NCBI GenBank assembly: GCA_003281085.1
Contig: QCCZ01000001.1
Location: forward strand, 27,493 to 91,492
Length of the DNA stretch: 64,000 bases
Reading direction: 5' to 3'
Source: OCS155 cluster bacterium AG-349-E07
GTDB lineage: Bacteria; Actinomycetota; Acidimicrobiia; Actinomarinales; Actinomarinaceae
Made by a program: the position numbers and the translations under genes. The notes under the pieces were generated by a model. That model was not told where the DNA came from and did not search any database. It saw nothing but the letters and a program-made list of their open reading frames with translations. Of the stretch, positions 27,134 through 37,000 are shown in pieces. Position 1 is the first letter of the stretch, and every line of letters starts with the position of its first letter.

Positions 27134-27568
27134 ATGAAAAAGTTTTCCATTTTTGATAAAAAGTCCTTACTTTATATTTTTGCTTTTTTCGATGGTCTTT
27201 CTGTAGCTGCTGGAGCCCTATTTGGTTTCTTTTTTCCAAAATTACTATCTGATGTTTTTGGAGCAAATTTTCAAACTAATGACTTGATCTGGTTTAAATT
27301 TGTACTTCTTCCTGGAATTGCAATAAATGTCCTATATATGTACTTTGCTATAACAAAAAGTAGAACCTTAATTCTTTTATCAAATATATTAAGGACATTA
27401 ACAACTGTGGGTTTCTTTTTGATGTGGGGAGAGGCGGTAGTACTGAGATCTTTGCTTAACCTTATGATTATTCATCATATCGTTGCAATATCATTAACAT
27501 TTTTTTTATATTTTAGAAAAGTAGATAACAAGAATATAGATATTTCAACTGAAAGAAAAGATCTTTAA
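27134..27568 (+). CDS. Hypothetical four-TM membrane protein, last gene of the CcoN-like operon
   Basis: The ATG immediately follows the cytochrome c stop (TAAATG). 144 aa, hydrophobic. Confidence 0.5.
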   Translation: MKKFSIFDKKSLLYIFAFFDGLSVAAGALFGFFFPKLLSDVFGANFQTNDLIWFKFVLLPGIAINVLYMYFAITKSRTLILLSNILRTLTTVGFFLMWGEAVVLRSLLNLMIIHHIVAISLTFFLYFRKVDNKNIDISTERKDL

Positions 27569-27686
27569 GAAAACTAGTTTGTTTCTTTCTAGAACCTAAT
27601 TACAATTTTTTTATGCTGCCAGTTATGTACTTTCATTTAGGACTGCTTGTCGTTGGTGTCCTCTTGTTTTACGTCATTCTCTAAAC

Positions 27687-28136
27687 ATGGCAAAGAAAAA
27701 AAGAGAAAAGCGAATTGTTGGCTGGAAAGAACATGTTGCACTTCCAGATTTAAAAGTTAAAAGCGTAATTGCAAAAATTGATACTGGCGCAAGCGTTGCC
27801 TCAATAGATGCCTCAGAAATTAAAATCGTTAAAAGAGAAGGTGTTAGATACGTGAATTTTAAAGTCATGAAAAGAAATAATACAGTTCGTAAAACATCTG
27901 CTCCTTTAGCTGGATATAAAAGAATAAAAAGTTCTAATGGTGATGTAGAGAGAAGGCCTTATGTTAAAACAACATTGCTTATGGATGGAATAAGTAAAAC
28001 AATTGAACTGACACTAACTGACCGGGGGCCAATGGATTACACAATGCTGATTGGTAAAAAAGCACTTGGAAGAAGATGGCTTGTTAACCCAGCAATTAGT
28101 TATTTGACTACTGCCAAAAAAGAAAATAAAAAATGA
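27687..28136 (+). CDS. Retropepsin-like aspartic endopeptidase (RimK-associated, RimB/DUF785-like)
   Basis: GWKEHVALPDL...AKIDTGASVASIDA contains the DTGA aspartic-protease motif. The stop overlaps the rimK start (ATGA at 28133). Confidence 0.7.
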   Translation: MAKKKREKRIVGWKEHVALPDLKVKSVIAKIDTGASVASIDASEIKIVKREGVRYVNFKVMKRNNTVRKTSAPLAGYKRIKSSNGDVERRPYVKTTLLMDGISKTIELTLTDRGPMDYTMLIGKKALGRRWLVNPAISYLTTAKKENKK

Positions 28137-29035
28137 AACTTGGAATTTTATCCCAGGACATAAGACTGTATTCAACTAGCAGATTATTTGAGACAGCAAA
28201 AAAAAGGGGTCATGAAACTGAGGTTGTGAGTTATCTGAGATGTTATATGAATATTGCAAAAGCAAAACCTAGAATTTTTTTTCAAGGTAGAGAAGTCAAT
28301 TTCGATGTTGTTATTCCAAGAATTGCAGCTACATGGACCTTCTATGGTGCAGCCGTTGTGAGACAGTTTGAGTTAATGGGTACTTTGTCTGCTAATTCAT
28401 CTGCATCTATAAGTAGATCCAGAGATAAATTAAGAGCATTGCAATTAATTGGTAACAGTGGTGTAGAAATGCCAATTACTGGTTATGTGCATTTATCAAG
28501 AGACATTGAATCTGTTTTGAGAACTGTTGGCACTCCGCCATATGTTATTAAATTACTCGAAGGCACACAGGGTCGTGGAGTTGTTTTGACAGAAACAATG
28601 GAAGCAGCGATAAGTGCCATTGAGACTATGAAAAAGATAGATGCAAACATTCTTATTCAAGAGTTTATTAGTGAATCAAGTGGACAAGACATAAGGGCCA
28701 TTGTTGTTGGAGATAAAGTAGTCGCTTCTATGAAAAGAATTGCCAAGCCTGGTGAATTTAGGTCAAATGTCCACCTTGGCGGAAGAGTTGAAGACTACAA
28801 ATTAACTAATCAAGAAGAAGAGAGTGCAATAAAAGCAGCTAAAGTATTGGGCTTATCTGTCGCAGGTGTTGATTTAATTCAATCGAATAGAGGGCCTTTG
28901 GTTCTTGAAGTAAATTCATCACCAGGATTAGAGGGAATTGAAAAGGCTACAGGTATTGATGTAGCTGATGAAATAATTAAATACTTAGAAGAACAACATG
29001 CAAATAGAGATAAATCAAAACCTATAGATATTTAA
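28133..29035 (+). CDS. rimK: RimK-family ATP-grasp alpha-L-glutamate ligase
   Basis: 300 aa with an ATP-grasp pattern (PYVIKLLEGTQGRGV, DIRAIVVGDKVV, EVNSSPGLEGIE) typical of RimK. Confidence 0.9.
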   Translation: MKLGILSQDIRLYSTSRLFETAKKRGHETEVVSYLRCYMNIAKAKPRIFFQGREVNFDVVIPRIAATWTFYGAAVVRQFELMGTLSANSSASISRSRDKLRALQLIGNSGVEMPITGYVHLSRDIESVLRTVGTPPYVIKLLEGTQGRGVVLTETMEAAISAIETMKKIDANILIQEFISESSGQDIRAIVVGDKVVASMKRIAKPGEFRSNVHLGGRVEDYKLTNQEEESAIKAAKVLGLSVAGVDLIQSNRGPLVLEVNSSPGLEGIEKATGIDVADEIIKYLEEQHANRDKSKPIDI

Positions 29036-29253
29036 AAAACTATTTTTTTTATAATCTTCCAAGTATTAAAGATACCTTCATCTACAACTTCATCATTCTT
29101 CAATAAGACTGGGATGCGAAGTAGATACTCTTCGTATCCATTAGTTACATCTACTTTCTTTATTGATGAAAAAAAATTGATAAATTTAATTTTTTTAAAA
29201 GCTTTATTACATAGTTCACAGTTTTCTGAAGTTACAAAGATTAGTTTTGACAT
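29032..29253 (-). CDS. Glutaredoxin/thioredoxin-like small protein
   Basis: 73 aa with an N-terminal CELC (CxxC) motif after a beta-strand, as in the glutaredoxin-like DUF836 family. Confidence 0.55.
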   Translation of the reverse strand: MSKLIFVTSENCELCNKAFKKIKFINFFSSIKKVDVTNGYEEYLLRIPVLLKNDEVVDEGIFNTWKIIKKIVF

Positions 29254-29315
29254 GTATTATGAGATTATGAGACCATGGACTCTGGTATTTGTAATATTAC
29301 TAATTTTGATAATTT

Positions 29316-30146
29316 TCATTTCAGGTTCAATCGCTTTGTCAAACTTCCAGCTTTAATAGTTACTTTCGAACCATCTTTACAATTTAAAAGTTTGCTTGCA
29401 TCCCCATTAGAAAGAAATATTGAAATCATACCCCAAGAATCTGTAACAATTCCAACTCCTCCAGTAGTATTTTGATAATTATTACACCATTTTGAAGTTA
29501 ATTCTTGATTCTCAACTCTAAGGCTTAATGTATCGCCAACTTTAAAGTTTTTTTCTTTTAATTCTTCTGGTGAGATATTTGTCTGACAATTTCCAAAATG
29601 ATCAACATAAAGAACTTCACCTTTAATTTCTTTTTCAGTAATGTCGGTTAACGGGATTAGATATTGTTTAAGATCTTCTAAGTTTAATTCTTGCCCAAAT
29701 TCTTCAAGTTGGAGTTGACCAGAAGCATAAGCAGCAGCAAATGGAGAAAAAATATCTCTTGCATGAAAAGTCTCACCCTCGTGTGGAATTATCCAGTTCT
29801 CATTCTCTAAAGCGAATGCTTGTTGAGCGCCACCAACTGTAGCACAGGCAAGGTTGAGTAGTCCATTATCAGGCCCAATCATTACTCCCCAATCTGTCTT
29901 TATTGCAATTGGTTTTCTATCTGAGCCAACACCTGGATCAACTACTGCTAGAAGAACTCCTTGGGGAATATACTGAATTGCTCTCATAAGAAGCAAACTC
30001 CCATATTTAATATTTTGAGCAGGAATGCCGTGGGATATATCAATAATTTTTAAATCTGGATCAACTCGATTAATAACTCCCTTTACTACTCCAACTGACC
30101 CGTCGCTATTTCCAAAGTCTGAAGCAAAAGAAATAATTTTTTTCAT
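29316..30146 (-). CDS. SAM hydroxide adenosyltransferase / chlorinase-fluorinase family (DUF62) protein
   Basis: N-terminal ISFASDFGNSDGSVGVVKGVI...DISHGI matches the DUF62 signature (TDFGxxDxYVGxMKGV...D[IL]xH). Confidence 0.85.
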   Translation of the reverse strand: MKKIISFASDFGNSDGSVGVVKGVINRVDPDLKIIDISHGIPAQNIKYGSLLLMRAIQYIPQGVLLAVVDPGVGSDRKPIAIKTDWGVMIGPDNGLLNLACATVGGAQQAFALENENWIIPHEGETFHARDIFSPFAAAYASGQLQLEEFGQELNLEDLKQYLIPLTDITEKEIKGEVLYVDHFGNCQTNISPEELKEKNFKVGDTLSLRVENQELTSKWCNNYQNTTGGVGIVTDSWGMISIFLSNGDASKLLNCKDGSKVTIKAGSLTKRLNLK

Positions 30147-30244
30147 AACTCATATTATAAAGAGAATAGAAATCAAGATAATATTGAAAGACAATTAGCA
30201 AAAATTTTTGAATGGATTATATTGATATATAGCAAGGGGGATAT

Positions 30245-31198
30245 ATTAAAAAATTCTTAGTTTTTTTATTAGTTTTAATAACTGTTGGCTATTTCGGTGC
30301 AGGATATTACGTTTATGATATTGCTGCTTCAGTACCATGTGCAGTTTGGGATGGTGAACAAAACAATACACCAACCAATTTTGAAATCTGGGAAGATTAC
30401 CAAGATACAATAAATGCCTCTGATTATTTCATTGATAGTTATGAAGATGTAAGTTTCCCTTCAACTGATGATGTAACTATTAGCGGATGGTGGATGGAGC
30501 AAAATCCCGGTGGTCCTACGGTAATTATTAATCATGGACTTACAAGCAGTAAGTACTCTTCTGGAATATTGCTTGCTTCAGGGATATTGTATAGAAATGG
30601 TTTTAATGTCTTAGCTATTGATTTACGAGACCATGGAGACAGTACATGTGAAGATGGATATTATTCTGCAGGTCAAAAAGAATCTTACGACTCTGCAGCA
30701 GCTGTCGACTGGTTAGTTAATACAAAAGGAATACCTCCTACATCTCTTGGAATATATGGACAGTCTTTAGGAGCCCTTACAGCTTTAACAACATCTCAAC
30801 ATACAAATGATTTTGCTGCAATTGCAGTGCATGATCCTCCGGTAAATTTTGAAACTTTAGTTAGAGAAGAAATGGTATATCAAGGCTTTCCTGGATTCCT
30901 TTTTGAGCCTACAAGCCACTATGCAAGAATATTTGAAGGAATAAGATTAACTTATATAACACCTGAAACTTCATTAGCGAGAAGTGCAAAACAACCAATC
31001 TTAATATTCAATGGAATGCTTGATGAAAGAGTTCTTCCACACCACAGTTTAGATTTGGTTGAACTAGCTGACAGCTTAGGTATCAAAACTGAATTATATA
31101 GATATGAAGATGCAGGGCATGTTGAAAGCTTGTGGACTTATACAGATGAATTTGAACAAATAATTGTTCGTTTTTTTCAAGACAACTTAACATCCTGA
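30245..31198 (+). CDS. Membrane-anchored alpha/beta hydrolase, probable non-canonical ATT start
   Basis: The core has HG (IINHGL) and the nucleophile elbow GQSLG. The frame is open from 30233, with no ATG/GTG/TTG/CTG before 30494. The upstream part encodes a TM anchor (KKFLVFLLVLITVGYFGAG) and the family-typical SGWW. AAGGGGGA lies just before the ATT at 30245. Confidence 0.7.
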   Translation: MKKFLVFLLVLITVGYFGAGYYVYDIAASVPCAVWDGEQNNTPTNFEIWEDYQDTINASDYFIDSYEDVSFPSTDDVTISGWWMEQNPGGPTVIINHGLTSSKYSSGILLASGILYRNGFNVLAIDLRDHGDSTCEDGYYSAGQKESYDSAAAVDWLVNTKGIPPTSLGIYGQSLGALTALTTSQHTNDFAAIAVHDPPVNFETLVREEMVYQGFPGFLFEPTSHYARIFEGIRLTYITPETSLARSAKQPILIFNGMLDERVLPHHSLDLVELADSLGIKTELYRYEDAGHVESLWTYTDEFEQIIVRFFQDNLTS

Positions 31199-32319
31199 TA
31201 AGTCTTTAATAGATTATCAGCTGTCGCTGCCCAATTATATTTTTCTGATTTTTGAATGCATTGACTCATCACATTATTGAAGTAATCATTATTGTTTAAT
31301 AAGTCTCTAACAAAATTATTTGCATGATTATCCATAAAATCTTCAGCAAAATATCCATTTTTATTGTTTTCTATAATCTCTATCAATGAACCTGTATTAA
31401 TGGATAGGATTGGCACGCCCATAGAGTTTGCCTCAATAGCAACTAGACCAAAAGTTTCGTATTGAGATGTATGAATTAACAGTTTTGATTTATTCATATA
31501 ATTTTTAATTTTTGTTTGAGGTAAATTCCCTAAAAACTTCACGTGAGATTCTAGATTAAATTCTTTTACACTCTTCTCTAGTTCAGCCAAGTAATCATCT
31601 CCGGACTTACCACTTGGACCGCCAATAAAATAACAAAGGAAGTTACTATCAATCTTTCTAAAATTATTTATAAATTTTATTGTCTCAAGTTGTCTTTTTT
31701 GTTCTTGTATTCTGCCTATTGAAAGAAAAATATTTTCTCTAGGGAGGTTTAAGTCAGGAGTAAAAATTTTACGGTCAAGACCGGGAGTTATTTTTTTTAT
31801 CTTATTTTCATCAATTTTGTAATTTTCTGAAATCAACACATGTTCATAATGAGATGAGGCTGTTACAAAGTTTGAGGACGTCATTACCATTTTTTCACAA
31901 TCTACACGCTCTTTGTTATATCCCTCAAGAAATACTCCCAAACTATGTGATGTAAATACGTAGGGTATATTTTTTTCTTCTGAAATCTGTTTTGCTACTA
32001 AACCAGAAAGCCAATAGTGAGCATGAATAATATCAAAATCTTCTAATTCAAAATTTTCTTCTAGTTTTATTTTGAATTCTTGTAGGTGTATTTCTTTATC
32101 ATCTACAGAGAGATCTGGTTCAAATAAATCTAGCGAGTAAAAATCCAGATTATCTATTTTAAAATTTTCTGCCTTTTCTGCAGTTACAACAGTTACATTA
32201 TTATTTTTGTTCGATAGTTGTTTTGCGATGTGCTGTACATAAACATTAAGACCTCCTGAATCAAATTTACCAACACTACCAAAAGGTGACGTATGAAAAC
32301 TTATTTGTAGAATATTCAT
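31177..32319 (-). CDS. GT4 glycosyltransferase, MshA-like
   Basis: N-terminal ISFHTSPFGSVGKFDSGGLNVYV resembles the MshA signature HTSPxxxPGxGDxGGMNVY. C-terminal ETFGLVAIEANSMGVP is the GT4 EX7E region. Confidence 0.8.
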   Translation of the reverse strand: MNILQISFHTSPFGSVGKFDSGGLNVYVQHIAKQLSNKNNNVTVVTAEKAENFKIDNLDFYSLDLFEPDLSVDDKEIHLQEFKIKLEENFELEDFDIIHAHYWLSGLVAKQISEEKNIPYVFTSHSLGVFLEGYNKERVDCEKMVMTSSNFVTASSHYEHVLISENYKIDENKIKKITPGLDRKIFTPDLNLPRENIFLSIGRIQEQKRQLETIKFINNFRKIDSNFLCYFIGGPSGKSGDDYLAELEKSVKEFNLESHVKFLGNLPQTKIKNYMNKSKLLIHTSQYETFGLVAIEANSMGVPILSINTGSLIEIIENNKNGYFAEDFMDNHANNFVRDLLNNNDYFNNVMSQCIQKSEKYNWAATADNLLKTYQDVKLS

Positions 32320-33131
32320 AATTCAATGACTAAGTCATATAATTGAACTGAATTTCCACCTAAATCATACTTATATCTTTCTGTACCTTTAAGAAAATCA
32401 AAAAAAGCCATTCCTCTTTGAATAAGTTGCTGAATTATTAAATCATTTAACACTATTCCAGGATTTATTGAGTTAAATTCATTATTTCTACTCGAATTAT
32501 AAAGATAACACCCATAATCATTCTCGTAACAAAAAGCAGTTGAGAGAACGCCTTTATCAGTATTTGTATAGTAAATTTTCCATCCTTGCAAATTCAAAAG
32601 ATTTCTAAAGTATGTCTCAACTACTTCTGTCATGAACTCTCTTTTTTCACCTTTTGATTCTCTGTGTTGAGAAATAAAAATATCAAAAATATCTTGTTCT
32701 TTAGATTCTCCTAGTTCATAAGAAGTAGTCTCATTATCAAATTTTCTTTTTTTTCTTCGTAACTCGTGTCTGTTTTTTTTGGTCAGGCTTTCCAAATACT
32801 CTTCGTAAGTTTTTGGCAAAATTAAGTTAACAACAATGTCTGATTTTTTAATTTTTACAGACTTGTTATCTATTTCCTCAACTAAATTTTGAACTTGGAA
32901 AAAATGTAGAGAATCAAAACTGATACTAGATATATTATTATCTTTTAAAACTTGGGGGTCGATAGAAATATCTGGCCTGTAATCTACAAAATCTCTATCT
33001 CCAATATTCACAATAGATGAGTTAGAGATTGCATAATTTGCGATCTTTGTTGTTTTTACTTCACTTACAATATCAACTAATTCTAAAAATTCTTTTTTAC
33101 AAAACGGTGACTCTAATACCTGTTCTTTCAC
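32316..33131 (-). CDS. GNAT-fold acyltransferase, CelD/BcsL/FemAB-like
   Basis: 271 aa. The C-terminal half (FDFLKGTERYKYDLGG) resembles the Acetyltransf_6/CelD family. ATGA overlap with the GT4 gene. Confidence 0.5.
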   Translation of the reverse strand: MKEQVLESPFCKKEFLELVDIVSEVKTTKIANYAISNSSIVNIGDRDFVDYRPDISIDPQVLKDNNISSISFDSLHFFQVQNLVEEIDNKSVKIKKSDIVVNLILPKTYEEYLESLTKKNRHELRRKKRKFDNETTSYELGESKEQDIFDIFISQHRESKGEKREFMTEVVETYFRNLLNLQGWKIYYTNTDKGVLSTAFCYENDYGCYLYNSSRNNEFNSINPGIVLNDLIIQQLIQRGMAFFDFLKGTERYKYDLGGNSVQLYDLVIEL

Positions 33132-33136
33132 AGATA

Positions 33137-33982
33137 CTAGAATAAACCATTTACAACATTTAGTGCATCAACTAAGTAAAGTGACAATACAAACGCAAAC
33201 ATATAATCAAAAACATATATTTGATTCGATAATTTTGAAGTAATTTCATACTCAAAACGCAATTTGGTAAAAACATGGGTTATAAAAGTGGTAAATAGTG
33301 CTATTGATGTTCCTCCAATAAAGATATTTACTGTTTTATAGTCATAAAAAGTACTTACGCCATTAAATACTATAAATATCAAGAAAAAATTAAAGAAAAA
33401 TTGAAAATTACCAAATTGTACATTGAAATATGTTGCAAGAGTTTTCAAAAAAAGCAAAAGTAAGAAAATATAAGCTATGTAAAAGATATTTTCTTGAAAA
33501 AATGGATCAACAATATACCCATTTACCAAAAAAGTAATAACCGTAATGAATATAGAATTTCCTATTTTAAAAATATTTACATCTGATTGAAATAGGAAAT
33601 AAATCATTAAGACAACAAGAAATATAATGAATGACTCATAAGGCTCTATAGAGGAAAAAAGGTTCTTGAAACTGACAGATGAAAAAGATAATAGTAGAAG
33701 GATTAATATCACATAATACTTGTCACTATTGATATCGAACTGCCCAGAAAGCATCTCTGTAAGCCAAACAAGAGTCAAGCCAACAAAACAAGATGAAATT
33801 AAAGGTGTGCTTGAAATCAATATGCCAACAAATATTGCTAAAGATAAAATATATTGGAAATATCTAAGTTGAATTTGAAACATCCTCGCGAAAATTTTAC
33901 TTGGATAAGCTTGAAAATTAAAGAACTTTATTATATAGTTAACAAACACTACATTTAGTGTATTTTTGTATCCATCATACAA
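33137..33982 (-). CDS. Hypothetical polytopic membrane protein
   Basis: About eight TM helices. The annotated N-terminus overlaps the nrdJ NrdR boxes, so Met34 (33883) is a plausible alternative start. Confidence 0.45.
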   Translation of the reverse strand: MYDGYKNTLNVVFVNYIIKFFNFQAYPSKIFARMFQIQLRYFQYILSLAIFVGILISSTPLISSCFVGLTLVWLTEMLSGQFDINSDKYYVILILLLLSFSSVSFKNLFSSIEPYESFIIFLVVLMIYFLFQSDVNIFKIGNSIFITVITFLVNGYIVDPFFQENIFYIAYIFLLLLFLKTLATYFNVQFGNFQFFFNFFLIFIVFNGVSTFYDYKTVNIFIGGTSIALFTTFITHVFTKLRFEYEITSKLSNQIYVFDYMFAFVLSLYLVDALNVVNGLF

Positions 33983-33992
33983 TATTTAGTGA
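33946..33992 (+). promoter_or_regulatory. Tandem NrdR boxes upstream of nrdJ
   Basis: ACACTACATTTAGTGT (33946-33961) matches the NrdR-box consensus acaCwAtATaTwGtgt at 14/16 positions. ATACAATATTTAGTGA (33977-33992) matches at 13/16. The box starts are 31 bp apart. Confidence 0.65.
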
Positions 33993-34007
33993 TAAAAAGG
34001 AGATAAA

Positions 34008-37000
34008 GTGGCACAGAAATCAGGGCTAAAAGTTACAAGGAAATATACAACACCGGGTAATCCCTATAACAACATCGAATGGGAAAAGCGTAGTTCAAAA
34101 ATAACCAACCCCGATGGTTCAGTTGTTTTTGAAATGAATGACGTAGAGATTCCTTCAACATGGTCTCAGGTAGCAACAGACATTATGGTTTCAAAATATT
34201 TCAGAAAAGCAGGAGTGCCTCAAACTGATGCTGATGGAAATGTACTAAAAGATGAAAATGGAAACGTAGTCCTCGGACCTGAAACCTCATCAAGACAAGT
34301 TTTTGACAGACTGGCCGAAACATGGAGACACTGGGGTGAAAAAACAGGCTACTTTGCCACAAAAGCAGATGCTCAATCCTTTGAAGATGAACTCAAGTAC
34401 ATGCTTGCGACACAAATGGCTGCGCCAAATAGTCCCCAATGGTTCAATACAGGACTTAACTTCAAATATGATCTTACAGGTCCAGCCCAAGGATTTTGGT
34501 ATGTAGATCCAAAAACAGGTAAGTTAACTCCTGGTGAAGATTCTTATTCAAGACCTCAACCACATGCTTGTTTCATACAGTCTATAGATGATGATCTTGT
34601 CAATGAAGGTGGCATCATGGACCTATGGGTAAAAGAAGCAAGACTTTTTAAATTTGGTTCTGGAACTGGTACTAACTTTTCTAATTTAAGAGGTGAGGGA
34701 GAAAAATTATCAGGTGGAGGTGTTTCATCTGGTGTAATGTCCTTCTTGAAAATTGGTGACAGAGCAGCTGGTGCTATCAAATCAGGTGGTACTACAAGAA
34801 GAGCTGCAAAGATGGTCATCTTAGATTTAGACCATCCTGACATTGAAGACTTTATTGAGTGGAAGGCTATTGAAGAAGATAAAGCTCGTGCTCTAATTGC
34901 TGCTGGGTATCCTGCAGATTTCAATGGAGAAGCTTATGCGACAGTATCAGGACAAAATTCAAACAACTCTGTACGTGTTCCATCAGATTTTGTTAAAGCA
35001 GTTGAAGAAGATGGAGACTGGGATTTAATTGCAAGAACTGATGGATCAGTTTTTAGAACTGTCAAAGCAAGAGATCTTTGGAATAAGATTGCAGACGCAG
35101 CCTGGAAGTGTGCCGATCCTGGGGTTCAATATGACACCACAATAAATGAATGGCATACATCACCTGAAGGTGGAAAAATTAGAGCATCAAATCCTTGTTC
35201 TGAATACTTATTCTTAGACAACACTGCTTGTAATCTTGCAAGTCTCAACCTTGTTAAGTTTTATGATGATGAGACACAAGTGTTTGATATTGATTCATAT
35301 AAACATGCACTCAGAATCTGGACTATTGTTCTTGAAATATCTGTCGAAATGGCCCAATTCCCATCAAAGGAGATTGCTCAAGGATCATACGACTACAGAA
35401 CACTTGGTTTAGGGTATGCAAACTTAGGCTCATTGCTTATGAGAAAAGGTATTGCATACGACTCTGATTTAGGAAGAGCAATAGCTGGTGCATTAACAGC
35501 GATGTTAACTGGTGAGGCTTACAAAGCATCTGCAGAAATGGCAGGAATTGTTGGTCCATTTCCAAAATATAAAGAAAACTCTACAAACATGCTTCGTGTA
35601 ATGAACAATCATAGAAAAGCAGCATATGATTCAAATGATTACGAAGGGTTAAGCCACGACTTGATTGCTATCAACCAAGAACTTTGTCCTGAAGACTTAT
35701 TGAAAGCAGCTCAACTTTCCTGGGATGAAGCTGTAGAGCTTGGTACAAAGAATGGTTATAGAAATGCCCAAGCAACAGTATTAGCTCCTACTGGAACTAT
35801 TGGCCTTTTGATGGACTGTGATACAACTGGCGTAGAACCAGACTTTGCACTAATGAAATTCAAAAAACTTGCTGGTGGTGGCTATATGAAGATTGCAAAC
35901 CAATCAATTGGGCCAGCACTCCAAGCTCTAGGATATGAAGAAAATCAAGTACAAGAAATTATTCAATATGTTATTGGATCAATGTCACTTGAAAATTCAC
36001 CTTACATTAATAAGAGATCATTAATGGAGAAAGGTCTTGGTGAAGAGGATATCGTAAAAATTGAAGGAGCTCTTCCTGGAGCTTTCGAAATCCAACATGC
36101 TTTTAATGTTTTTGTTTTAGGCGAAGAGACATTAAAAGGTCTTGGTATAGACGAAGAAGAATATACTTCTTTTGACTTTAATTTGCTTGAGAGGCTTGGT
36201 TTCTCAAGAAATGAAATAGCTCAAGCCAATCTTGAAATCTGTGGAACACAAAAAATAGAAGGTGCACCATATTTGAAAGATGAACATTTAGATGTTTTTG
36301 ATTGCGCCAACAAGTGTGGAAAAGATGGCAAAAGATTTATTCATTACATGGGTCATGTAAGGATGATGGCTGCTGCACAACCATTTATATCTGGCGCTAT
36401 CTCTAAAACAGTGAACATGCCTAATGAAGCAACTGTACAAGACATTGAGGACTGTTACTTTGAATCAGCAAAGATTGGTGTTAAGGCAATTGCAATTTAT
36501 AGAGATGGTTCTAAAGCATCTCAGCCACTATCCGCATCTTCTGATGAAGGAGACTCAGACGAGAGCGATCAAGAAGTTAACAAGATTCTTGAAGAAGAAG
36601 CAATGTTAATTCAAGGAAATTTTGCCCCAGGAACAAGTCCAACAAAAGCATATTCTGGTGTAAATAGACCAAGATTCTTACTTCCTGAGAGAAGAAAAGG
36701 ATGGACTCAAGAAGCTAGAGTTGCAGGGCATAAAGTCTACTTAAGGACTGGAGAATACCCTGATGGAACATTGGGTGAAGTATTTATTGATATTGCGAAA
36801 GAAGGAGCAACACTGAAAGGAGTTTTGGGTTGTTTTGCCATAGCTGTATCTAAGGGTCTTCAGTACGGAGTGCCCCTTGAAGAGTTTGTAGATACATTTA
36901 CATTCCAAACTTTTGAACCAAGAGGAATGGTTGAAGGACACGAGAACATTAAAATGAGTAATTCAATCATTGATTATGTTTTTAGAGCCCTTGGACTTGA

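Noticed and set aside
34290-36941. Several 60-120-aa ORFs on both strands inside nrdJ (34290, 34303, 34556, 36424, 36741, 36963)
   Set aside because: They are nested within or antisense to a 1105-aa gene with unambiguous class II RNR motifs. These are shadow ORFs.
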